Shown in pieces: positions 52,623-64,000 of a DNA stretch of 64,000 nt. How positions within the stretch are numbered: position 1 is the stretch's first letter; every line of letters starts with the position of its first letter. The DNA comes from Camelus ferus (lineage: Eukaryota). The notes beneath the pieces are model-generated. The model searched no databases. It worked only from the letters and a program-made list of their open reading frames with translations, and was not told the DNA's origin. A program made the position numbers and the translations under genes. The stretch is taken from assembly GCF_009834535.1 (NCBI RefSeq), contig NC_045696.1:116872001-116936000 (forward strand), written 5' to 3'.

Positions 52623-54003
52623 AAGAGCTAAGAGGAGGTGCAGTCATTTAAGGAGCACCACCAGCCACAAAACTCAGCTGTACATGCTAGTGAAGGGAGC
52701 ATCAGACAGATGGTCCAGGCATGAATCAGTGAGTACATAAGGCACTAGGGGGACCCTTTCTACCACTATGCCATGAGTTTAGATAAACTCTGCATCACCC
52801 ATCCATGCAAATGGCAACTTAGAGAAAAAGAAGGAAGAGACACAAAAAATTGGGTTTATATATCTAGTGCCATTATACTTTGTCTAAAGAGATTATTTAA
52901 AATATAGCAGTGGCAATGAAGACTTTGTTTTTGAAATATTCCCAAACATTTTACAAAATTTAAGTAATGAAGACAGCAAAATTAGAAATCTCAAAAATAC
53001 AGTGTCAACAAAACTAGATGACAATGTGTCCCCACAAACCTGAGAATACAGGATGATGAGCAGTACCAACTAAGAGGCTAGATCCTTGAAGGAACAGCAG
53101 CTGCAGAGGAAAAAAAAAAGGCAGGAAAGTAGGCTTCTAATAGCCCTAGGAGCTTGGGACCTCATAATCTGTCAACAGGTATCTACTCCCCAAAGAAGAA
53201 ATTCTCTGCAAGTAGACAATTCCACACACAGACCTGAAAACAACTAAAACCAGCAGAGAGTTCCACAGTCCCTAGTTTGAAGGTGAGTGAAATAAGTTAC
53301 AGAAAGACAGGATGGTACTGGGGTTGCCTGAGCCTCCAATGCACTCAGAAAATTCAACAGAAATTCTTTATTGGAAATATAGCGCTCACTGAGGTATAGA
53401 ACTATACTGAGGAGAAACTGCTGGAACCAGAGCCCTGCTTGGTCAAAGCAGGAAAATCAAGGTAAAGAAAGGAAATGTTTCAAATACCAGTGTGAAAGAG
53501 GCCCTTGCAAAGAGAGGAGACCTAACTCAAAAAGCAGCAAAGCATAGCTATATGGAGAAGGAATTAAAAAACAAACAAACAAACAAAAAAAACCCAAAAA
53601 AGCACCTTTTGGTAATGACAAAAGCAACCATAGATTTAGGTAAGTTCTCCCAGCACACCTCTATTTCCAATATTCTTAAAGTTGAGAAAAATGCATCTTA
53701 TTCAAACATGACAACTGAAAAGGATGACAGAGAAGATAAAGAGAACATCTGTCTGGAAATTGACACAATAGTGTAAATTGATTATACTTCAATAAAAAAA
53801 TACATATATATGCACACAAAAAAGAGAAAAACTATCTGAGTATAGAGATAGAATATAAAGACACACCTCAAATATTTCAGAAGCACACAAAGCCCAAATA
53901 TTTCAGAATAAGTAAAAAGTAATTAAGAAACATTTACAAACTCCAAAACAACAGCATACATAGTACACTTGATTTAGAAAGATTCAGAAATAATATGACC
54001 AGG

Positions 54004-54393
54004 TGTTAGGTGATGAATTATATCCCTTCAAATTCATATGCTGAAGCCCCAACCCCTATTAGTTCAGAATGTGACTGTTTTTGGAGATGGGGGTCCTTAA
54101 AGAGGTTATTAACTTAAAATGAAGTCATAGGGGTGGGCCACCTAATCTAATATGACCGGTGTCCTTCTACAAAGAGGAGATTAGGACAAAGAGACACAAA
54201 GGGAGGACCACTTGAAGACACAGAGAGAAGAAGACAGCCATTTACAAGCCAAGGAGTGAGGCTTCAAAGAAACCAATCCTGCCAACACCTTGATTTGGGG
54301 CCTCTAGCCCTCAGAATTGTAAGGAAAAATAAATTTCTGTTGTTTAAGTCACCCAGTCTATGGTACTTTGTGATGGCAGCTCTAAGTAAGATA
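54004..54393 (+). mobile_element. MaLR solo LTR (MLT1A/B-like)
   Basis: AAATTCATATGCTGAAGCCC..CAGAATGTGACTG..CAAGCCAAGGAG..AATAAATTTCTGTTGTTTAAG..GGTACTTTGT. Confidence 0.88.
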
Positions 54394-54419
54394 TTAGGCA
54401 AAAGAATGATAGAAATAAT

Positions 54420-55320
54420 ATAAGCTAACTGAGCTCAGGAGCAAATATAAATGAAAGATAAAGAACTCAATACTTACAGAGAAGAAATTCAAGTGTGAAT
54501 AGATACCACAAAAGTAAAGGAAAGGAAATAAATTGCACAAGGTGAAAAATTGAAAGAGAAAAAAGAAAAGAAATGAAAAAGAGAAAGTGATAGGTATAAG
54601 AAAAACAAGCAAAGAAGACCCAACATACATGTAATAGGTGCTTGTGAAGAGGACACTCAAAGCGATAGAACAGAACAATGATGATTAAAAGTCAAGAAAA
54701 AATTTGCCAAGTAAAAGGGACTTAAACATAAATACTACAGGGTATACCATATATCAGATGGAAAATTTGACCCCTCTCTATATCAGTAAACTGTGGCCTG
54801 CAGGCCAAATCTAGCCCATCTTCTGTTTTTATAAATAAAATATTTATTTGAAGACAGTCACAGCTTTTCACTTACATATTTTCTAGGGTTGCTTTCACAC
54901 TATAAGAGAGATGGGTACTTGCAACATAGACTGCAGTGTCTGTAGAATATATAATATTTACAAAGAAAAACTTTGCTGACCCAGGTCTATGCCAAGATAT
55001 ATTCCAGTAAAAATGCGGGAGTGAAATAAAATGAAATAAAGAAATGAAATGAAATATGAAATAAAATAAGTTCACCAAACATCCTGGACAAAACACAACA
55101 TCACTTAATGAACAGCACTTCTAGGGTAAAACAATACTCTATGTCAGTACACAAGAGAATAACACAACTGAGATATGAAAGTAAAGAAAATAAGAATCAA
55201 AGGTTTGATTTTCAGCTAAATTGATGTGCAGTTATAAAGCCCACAGTTACATGGTTATTAACATGCAAACGCTCAGGGAAAATGATCCCATGAGCTCTTC
55301 CTGGGATGCTTCAGGGAACA
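54420..55320 (+). mobile_element. Ancient L1/HAL1 ORF1-like relic interrupted by a MER58-like element (~54775-54986)
   Basis: AGAAGACCCAACATACATGTAATAGG and TTAACATGCAAACGCTCAGGGAA are ORF1-like. GGCCTGCAGGCCAAATCTAGCC..TTTACAAAGAAAAACTTTGCTGACCC is MER58-like. Confidence 0.5.
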
Positions 55321-55404
55321 AGCTTTGACAACCAAGACATGATTGGAGAAGCTTTAGGATGGAATATATGGCGATCACTAAGCATATTTCACTGTAGCAT
55401 TAAG

Positions 55405-55771
55405 ATGAAATATCACTTATATGTGGAATCTAAAAAAAAAAAAAAAAAGAAAAGCCAAATGAACTTATTTACAAAACAGAAACAGACTCACAGACATAGA
55501 AAACAAACTTACAGTTACCAGTGGGGAAAGGGGGTGGGAAGGGATAAATTGGGAGTTCAGGATTTGCAGATACTAACAGATATATACATAAAATAGATAA
55601 CAACAAGTTTATACTATATAGCACAGGGAATCATATTCAAAATCTTGTAGTAACCTATGGTGAAAAAGAATATGAAAACAAATATATGTATGTTCATGTA
55701 TGACTGAAGAATTATGCTATACACCAGAAATTGATAAAACATTGTAAACTGACTATACTTCAATAAAAAAA
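55405..55771 (+). mobile_element. 5'-truncated LINE-1 3'UTR
   Basis: ATATCACTTATATGTGGAATCTAAAA..CAGAAACAGACTCACAGACATAGA..TATACTTCAATAAAAAAA. Confidence 0.9.
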
Positions 55772-56044
55772 GGTTAAACGAAGGAGGATAAGAGTGACAA
55801 AATACGTGAATTGTCTGCTCTGACAATGTAAACATAACTCTGGAAGACGTGAGAGAGGAACTCAGGGAGACACTCAGGAAAGCAGACCATGCTTGCTGAC
55901 TGTCTTATAGATATGAACTGATACTGAAAAGACATTAAATTAGCTCATGGAAGGGAAAAGGAAGGAGAAGTATCTCCTAGCTAAGAAGAACACTGCTTAT
56001 GACAGGAAATGAAGACCAAAATCATCTAAAAGGGGATTATATAA

Positions 56045-56750
56045 GATTGTTTACTATGTCTGCTAGTCTGTTTCTGTTTTGCAGATGAGCAGATGAGTTA
56101 ATAGTGCCCCCTTTTTTTTTTTAGATTCCACATATGAGTGCTATCACATGGTGTTTTTTCTGTCTCTTTCTGGCTTACTTCATTCAGAATGATGATCTCT
56201 AGGTCCATCCATGTTCCTGCAAATGGCATTATTGTATTCATTTTTATGGCAGAGTAGTATTTCATTGTATAAATATCTCACAACTTCTTTATCCAGTCAT
56301 CTGTTGATGGACATTTAGGTTGGTTCCCTGTCTTGGTTAATGTAAATAGGGCTGCTGATGAACAATGGGATGCATGTATCTTTTCACATTAGACTTCCCT
56401 CTGGGTATATACCCAAAAGTGGGATTGCTGGATCACAAGGTAAGTCTATTTTTAGTTTTTTGAGGAATCTTCATACTTGCAGACTTAGTAAACAATCTTA
56501 TGGTTACTGGGGAAAGGGGATGGGAAGGGATAAATTTGGGAGTTTGAGATTCACAAATGTTAGCCACTATATAAAAAAATAGATTAAAAGAAGTTTCTTC
56601 TGTATAGCACAGGGGACTATGTTCAATGTATTGTAATAACCTTTAATGAAAAAAAATGAAAACAAATATATATATGTATATGTATGACTGAGACATTGTG
56701 CTGTACACCAGAAACTGACACATTGCAATTGACTGTACTTCAATGAAAAA
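56045..56750 (+). mobile_element. Twin-primed LINE-1 (inverted 56045-~56477, sense ~56478-56750)
   Basis: TSD core GGGATTATATAA at 56033-56044 and 56757-56768. The strand switches at ~56478. Confidence 0.88.
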
Positions 56751-56784
56751 AAAAGTGGGATTATATAATATAAACAAACATCTC

Positions 56785-58140
56785 TTGTTTTTTAATCTGT
56801 ATTTTACTTATTTCCTCCCTGATCTTTATTATTTCCTTCCTTCTGCTGACTTTTGGGCTTTTTGCTCTTCTTTTCCTAATTATTTTAGCTGATGGGTTAG
56901 ATTGTTTATTTGAGATTATTCTCTTTTTTTGAGGAAGGCCTGTATCGCTATAAACTTCCCTCTTAGCACTGCCTTTGCTGCATCCCATAAATTTTGTGTG
57001 GTTGTGTTTTCATTTTCATTTATCTCAAGGTATTTTTTAATTTCAATTTTGATTTCATTGGCCCATTGGCTTTTTTAATAGCATATTGTTTAATCTCCAT
57101 GCTTTCCTTTTTTTCTCCTTTGTTTCTCTGTAGCTGATTTCTAGTTTCATGGCATTGCAGTCAGTAAAGATGCTTGAGATAATTCCTATCTTCTTAGAAT
57201 TGTTGAGGCTTCTTTTGTGCCCAAGTACATGATCAATCCTAGAAAATGTTCCATGTGCACTTGAAAAGAATGTATATCCTATTTTTGGGGGGTGTAATGC
57301 TCTGAAAATATCTACCAAATCTAATTTTCATCTCACACCAGTCAGAATGGCCATCATTCAAAAATTCACAAATAACAAATGCTGGAGAGGCTGTGGAGAA
57401 AAGGGAACCCTCCTACACTGCTGGTGGGAATGTAGTTTGGTGCAGCCACTGTGGAAAATAGTGTGGAGATTCCTCAAAAGACTAGGAATAGACTTACCAT
57501 ATGACCCAGGAATCCTGCTCCTGGGCATATATCCAGAAGGAACCCTACCTCAAAATGACACCTGCACCCCAATGTTCATAGCAGCATTATTTACAATAGC
57601 CAAGGCATGGAAACATCCTAAATGTCCAACAGCAGATGAGTGGATAAAGAAGAAATGGTATATTTATACATGGAATACTATTCAGCTGTAAAAAATGACA
57701 AAATAATGCAATTTGCAGCAACATAGATGTCCCTGGAGAATGTCATTCTAAGTGAAGTAAGCCAGAAAGAGAAAGAAAAATACCATATGAGATCGCTCAT
57801 ATGTGGAATCTAAAAAAAAAAAGAACATAAATACAAAACATTAACAGACTCACAGACATAGAATACAAACTTGTGGTTGCCAAGGGGGCAGGGGGTGGGA
57901 AAGGACAGACTGGGATTTCAAAATTTGTAAATACTGACAAGCATATGCAGAATAGATAAACAAGATTATACTGTATAGCACAGGGAAATATATACAAGAT
58001 CTTTTGGTAGCTCACGGTGAAAAAGAATGTGACAATGAATATATGTATGTGCATGTATAACTGAAAAATTGTGCTCTACACTGGAATTTGACACAACATT
58101 GTAAACTGACTAAAACTCAGTAAAAACATGTAAAAAAAAA
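56785..58140 (+). mobile_element. Twin-primed young LINE-1 (inverted EN-region 56785-~57327, sense ORF2 end plus 3'UTR ~57328-58140)
   Basis: Minus peptide DIFRALHP...FFSSAHGTFSRIDHVLGHK (endonuclease domain) and plus peptide [18 protein letters not shown]. Candidate TSD AAACAAACATCTC (56772-56784) / AAAAAAAAATCTC (58132-58144). Confidence 0.9.
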
Positions 58141-59864
58141 TCTCACGTAGAAGATAACTTTAAAAAAATAACAAAACTTTCTGAGTAACAACAGTAGTAC
58201 TTACGAGAGACAAAAATAGCAAAGAAAACAGGTCGCATTCTAGAGGGAAGACACGTGTCCATTGGTAGGGGGTTACCGAGTTGACTGTGATGGAGCCACG
58301 TGATATAGTATGAAGCAGCTGTGAGAAAGAATGGGCGACGGCCACCCAGTACATGCTGTTCTACAAGGTCTAGAGCAGTGTGCAAAGCATGCTGTGTGTA
58401 AGAAAAGGCGGGAACCACACAGATGGAAGAATTGCTTAAACTAGGGAAAAAAACCATGACAGGATAAACACCAAATTGATAAAATGGTTACCCTTGGTGA
58501 GGGCAGCCAAGCAAATGTGTCCGGAACCACCATGGTTAATGCCTTTTGTAGATCAACAGAAGCAGAGGGGACAGCTTTCTGAAAAGGCATCTTAATGATA
58601 CTAGTTCTGACACATAAGTAGAACGTGGACAACCTCTAGAGACAGGATAAAAATGAGAACTGCCAACTCCTGAACATACAAGTAAAAACTCTTACTAAGT
58701 CTCTACTTTAGACCAAGAAAAGTCTGCAAAGTCTGCTTATCAGTGAAACTAGTTGTCTTCTTAATTACTGCTTAACTTTGAAAAACCTTATTCTTTCTTG
58801 GTGCCTTTAATGATTTCCATCCAAAGGGGTCCAAAGTTGCAGGCATCTTTATAAAAAATTGGGCTCAGGAAAGTCTTTGGGGGGCTCACTCCCACCTTCT
58901 GCTCCCCATTTCTACTTATCTGGCCTCCAAAGTCTCCCTCCATAGGCCTTGCCACCTAACGTCTCCTCCTTGGCCAAAATAAACCTTTCTCAGAGGTGCC
59001 ACTTTGTAATATTTTGAGAAGGCTTAAAAAGGAAGAAACACAAATGGATTTGGAGAGGCCTGTACAAGGTGCCTGTCTTAAGAAGGACAAGTCCACAGTC
59101 AGCGGATATTTCAGACAAAGCCTCTCCCTTTGCTCCCCGGGTGGCAGTTTTATCACTGCCACATTCTACATTTTGTCACAGTCAGCATTCTCTGTGATCG
59201 TCTCTATTTCCTTTCATCTCAGGCCTTCTTTGTAGTGATTGCAGTATAATTAGATAGAGCCAGAATCCTTTTGTTTTATCATATTGGCTACGTAGGCTTT
59301 ATCTACTGACACTGGGAGGGACACTATGGTCTGAACTGTGTTCCTGGTGCCAAATTGGGATACACTGTTCTCCCCAGAGGAGTGCTCTCCAATACTTCAT
59401 GACTACTGTGTATCCAAAATCCACATCATCAAGGAATGTCCTCCAAGGACAAATAACTTTCAAAAGGGGACAAAGTTCCCATGTTCAGGCTCCTATAGCT
59501 CTGCCTGAAAATGGCCCTAATGCTAACGACTAAATGCAAGAGACAGAGGCCAGAGGTGCTGCTCATTATCTACAATGCCCAGGACAACTGCCACAACAAA
59601 GAATTACAGGCCCAAAATGTTCATAGTGCTGACGCTGAGGACCTTGAATTAGGGTACAGTTTAAATGTTGCCACAAAAAGACCTAAAAATATAGTGATTC
59701 AAACAAGGTAGAACTGGATGTGCCTTTGGCTAAGATGGGAAAGGTGGACCTAAACAACACCCAGGCTCCCTACCTATTGTTGCTCTGCATTCCTCTGCAG
59801 TACTGTCCTTGACAAATGGTTGAAGCTGGCTTTCCAGCCTCACCTTTACATTCTGACCCACACC

Positions 59865-60221
59865 TATGAGTTTACTGGGGCTGTCATAACAAAATACCAC
59901 AAACTGGGCAGGAAATGACAGGAATTTATTCTCTTACAATTCTGGAGGCTGGAAGTTGAAGATCAAGGTGAGGCCTCTCTCCCTGGCTTGTAGGCTGCTA
60001 TCTTCTCGCTGTATTTCCATTACACCTTTCCTTTATGTACAAGTATCCCTGGTGTCTCTTCCTCTTCATACTAGGTCACCAGTCATACTGGATTAAGGCC
60101 CCATCTTTATGACCTCATTTAACCTTAATTAGCTCTTTTAAGGCTCTATCTCCAAATACAGTCACATTGGGGGTTAGGGTTTCAATAGATAAAATTTGAA
60201 GGGCCACAGTTCAGTCCACAC
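59865..60221 (-). mobile_element. MaLR LTR (MLT1A/B-like) nested in an older MLT1-like relic (~59655-60430)
   Basis: GGCTGTCATAACAAAATACCACAAACTGGG..TCTGGAGGCTGGAAG..GACCTCATTTAACCTTAATT..GGGGGTTAGGG..TTCAGTCCA. Confidence 0.8.
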
Positions 60222-60485
60222 CACCATGGGAAAGGAGAAGAGAAACCGGAGGGCAAACAATTCATTTTTTATGGGTTTGACCCAGAAGTGGCAGAAATAA
60301 CTCCCTCTAACATATCATTGGCCAGAACTTAGCCACATGCCCAACCTAACTGCGAAGAAGGCTGGGGAATAGATTCTTCAGCTTGGCAGCACGTGCTCGG
60401 CTAAAACTCTGGGGGCTGTGTTACTACACAGGAAACTATGAAAGAAAGAGAATTTTAGAAAATGGAAAATGATAGTTTGTCCTCA

Positions 60486-60576
60486 TTTTTTTTTTTTGAT
60501 GGAGGTACTGGGGATTGAACCCAGGACCTTGTGCATGCTAACTGTGTGCTCTACCACTGAGCTCTACTCCTCCCCC
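60486..60576 (-). mobile_element. Camelid Vic-1-like SINE
   Basis: ATGGAGGTACTGGGGATTGAACCCAGGACCT..GCATGCTA..CTACCACTGAGCT..CTCCCCC. Candidate TSD TGTCCTCATTTTT (60478-60490) / TGTTCTTATTTTT (60585-60597). Confidence 0.88.
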
Positions 60577-61261
60577 ACCACCTCTGTTCTTATTTTTGAT
60601 CTAGCATTTCCTCAACATAACGCCTCCTGGACTCACCCCCTCTACCACAGCCCACAGGATAATGATACCTATTCCTACACAGGACTCAAGCACCGCAGAA
60701 AACACACCCACCCCCAGATACTTTTTCATTTAGAAGAGAGTCACAAAACTGCAGCCACAAGAAAACACTTAATATTTCCCCAGTCCAGGTAAATTTACTC
60801 CCACCCTGAGACACCACGTGTCTCTTAATTTTGTCTCTAGAATTAAACAGTAGTGAGAAAGGCTTTGTGGTCACGGACCTGGAAGAGAAAATCCCTATGC
60901 TGATTACCCTTAAATTAACTTCTTTTTCTGCCAGCGAACACTCAGATCTCTGTCCTTAATGACTGACGCTGAGATGTGGTTCTTAAAGGCATAACGTTTA
61001 GAAAACTAACTCTGCACAGAAGCTCATCTGTTAGTATATTAACAACCATCATATGTAATATATTTTAAGAATGACCACAATATAATAGTAATACACTTTA
61101 TTTTAACATGTATTAGCTCAGTTAATATACTGACATTGAATAATCCTAATTCTAAGGCTAAATTTGCAGGTAGTTTATGCTGCTAACGGCTAAAACAAGG
61201 CCATCATCCAAGTCATTCGGGGATCTTCAATAATAGACTGTATTTATGTGAAATATCATTA

Positions 61262-61621
<360 letters not shown>

Positions 61622-61959
61622 TCAACAAGTAAACAAGCATGAGAAATTCTTTGTAAATCAAGAGTTTCGGTAGCAAATGAGGAGCACCTGTGTTTAGCTA
61701 AGGTTACCTAAAATGCATGTCCTGATGTGCTCGGGTGGAAAAGAGACACCTCAAAACATAAGATGGCGTTGGCCAGCAGAAGTACGCATTAAGCTCTGAC
61801 TCTGGCTTGCATTTTGAAACACACCATGGAGGGAACACAGTATCCAGCGATCTGCTTTGAAACACTTACCACCTACCTAGCAGTGAGGTGTGGTGCTTTT
61901 GAGCACAGCTTCTGGTTCTTTTCTTGAATCTGCCACTTAACTCACACATTCTAAACCTG

Positions 61960-62400
61960 TTTCCTTAGGTTTGATTTCCCCCAAAGAAGACTCTGAGACA
62001 AGGATTCGAGTGTAAGTAGTTTATTTGGCAGGTGATTCTATGAAGTAAGGAAGTGGGGAGGGAGGAAAGGTAATGGAGGGTGAGGTAGGAAGGGGTTTAC
62101 AGCGATGGGCAACAGAGGATCGTGGACATGTCTGGGAAGAACACAGCTCAAAATGTTCCCACTGACCAGAGAAAAAGCTGGGGTATTGATCCACCAGTGT
62201 CTATATCCCACTGGTTAGGGTCACTTCCAGGTTGTCAGTATGTTGTCACTTTGGTCTACGCACTTGGGCTGAGTACACTCTCCGGAGGTCCCTTGGGCAG
62301 CACAATGCTAGAACCCACTGGCGTATAAGGAAATGGTCTGCTTGTGAACTTAAGGCTGAATCAAGGAGATACCGGAGGGGCACTGACATGTATGCTACGA
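61960..62400. mobile_element. Old MaLR/ERVL LTR relic inserted in a MIR
   Basis: CCCCAAAGAAGACTCTGAGACAAGGATTCGAGTGTAAGTAGTTTATTTGG; MIR-like sequence resumes at 62400-62510. Confidence 0.55.
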
Positions 62401-63939
62401 GGGTGATGCTGTTACTTACTTTATAGGTGTGTTGCAGGGATTAATGAGAAATGCATATAAGGTGCTTAGTAAAGTGTCTGGCACAAATAAGTACTCGAAA
62501 CTTATTATTAAGAATATTATTCACATCTTATGACTATTGCATTAATAACTAAGAATCAGAGGACGAACAAAAATAAGATGATTGTTAAGTGCTTAGAGAT
62601 AACTCCTGGAGGAGAGCCTGAGAGGCAATATTTGGGGACTGTTCCTGAGGACAGATTTTTTGAGATGAACTTAGAGGGATGTTCACAGGCAAAAAGATGC
62701 ATATTGGAGATGGGGTATAAGATAAGGCATGTACAAAAGGTGTTGGCGGGCGACTATTAGGTACAGAATGAATTAGAGACCATTATTAAATCACTCATTC
62801 ATTCACTCATGAAACTAAAGTTGAACACTGTCAGTATAACCAGATAATATTATAGGCTGGGATTTTAAAGATGATAAAAAAATGAATAAAAATGCAAAGA
62901 ACTACAGCATAAGTTGTTAAATAAAAACAAATCATGATTCAATACAGTATGTTATTGGAAGAATTATCTGTCTGAAAATATATAAACCCATATAAACATA
63001 TATACACATATATGAAGTATTTATGTGCACCTAAAACCAAGTGGAATAAATTCCTAGTAACTGTAGATGTCTTAAGATAGGGCAACTACGGGCAAAGAAG
63101 ATAGGAACACTTATTTTTGCCATATTCCTACTATATCCTTTGAATTTTATACCATATGCTTTATGTATTGCTTATTCAAAACTAGTATGTTTAAAAGAGG
63201 TTTGCAGCAGCTTCATATCTTTATGCCATGAGAAAAAAGGAATTCCAGCTACTTCTCGGTGGCTGGCAGGAAAGCACTGAAGATCTGATCCATGGGCTTT
63301 CCCATCTCTTTTTAAACATCTGTTACATGTTTCCATAGTCTATTGTCAGCTGGCAAAACCATATCCACTCTACTCAGTTTTGCTCCAATCAGCTCCAAAG
63401 CCCAGAGCACAAATCCTATTGCTAACATCCGAATCCTGCCTGGGCTGGGCTGACCCTTCTCTGTGCCCCAGTCACCCTCTCCCTGGGCAGAGAAACCAGA
63501 GCTTAAGACCCACACTGGGAAGCCTTCAGTGGCAGATTGCTTGGAGGCCATGAGAGTGAATTAAATTTTCCAAGACTAATGGTTAATTCTCTCACACTTT
63601 GCAGAAGCATCTATTGATGGTGTACTATGTGTTGGACTTTGTTCCAGGTGCAGAGGCAAAAAAAAAAAAAAAAAAAAGATATCTTAGATGCAGTCCCTGC
63701 TCTTAAAGATCAGTTGTGAACCTACAGGAGTTCCCAGCGAGGTCCAGAGTGGGGCGCCCTTCTACTGAGGTGGCCATGGTCTTAGTCTCACCAACTCCAC
63801 TCAGCTCTGGGTCCCATTCTAACCCTAATGTCTCTTCCTCCTGCCATTCTAAGAGTTTGCTTAGAAAATATAAATGCATAGTATTGGCAAAGTATACAAA
63901 CATCCTGAAAGAGCCTTTAAAAAATATATATATTTTATT

Positions 63940-64000
63940 TATTTGTTACTGTATTATTTAATTATTTTGTTCTGGTGGGGGTGAGGGGGAGGTAATTAGG
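63940..64000 (-). mobile_element. 3' tail of a Vic-1-like SINE, truncated by the window edge
   Basis: GGGGGAGGTAATTAGG resembles the reverse complement of the CCTAATTACC(T/C)CCC tail of the SINE at 9668, and is preceded by a T-rich tract. Confidence 0.6.

Overview
Mammalian genomic DNA, most likely camelid (camel/alpaca), judged from three Vic-1-type tRNA-derived SINEs. The whole window lies inside the minus-strand KCNH8 gene (Kv12.1/ELK1 EAG-family K+ channel). Only coding exon 2 (61596-61363, 234 nt) and exon 3 (22037-21906, 132 nt) are present; they encode the PAS/PAC domain and are separated by a ~39.3 kb intron. Intron 3 carries an intronless, disabled retrocopy of alpha-internexin (INA, ~1620-4773, + strand, antisense to KCNH8). 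This retrocopy begins about 12-28 bp downstream of a same-orientation solo LTR with a TATA box. The rest is mostly transposable elements: a near full-length old L1 sense to KCNH8, many 5'-truncated younger L1s (several with TSDs, twin-priming inversions and short 3' transductions), ERV/MaLR LTRs, MER5/MER58-type DNA elements, MIR and L2 relics. There is also a degenerate telomere-like hexamer array and a CpG-enriched patch with a CTCF-like motif. I see no convincing evidence of a new multi-gene system. The best candidate for something undescribed is the LTR-plus-INA-retrocopy unit. Repeat family names are by-eye recognition and most repeat boundaries are approximate.
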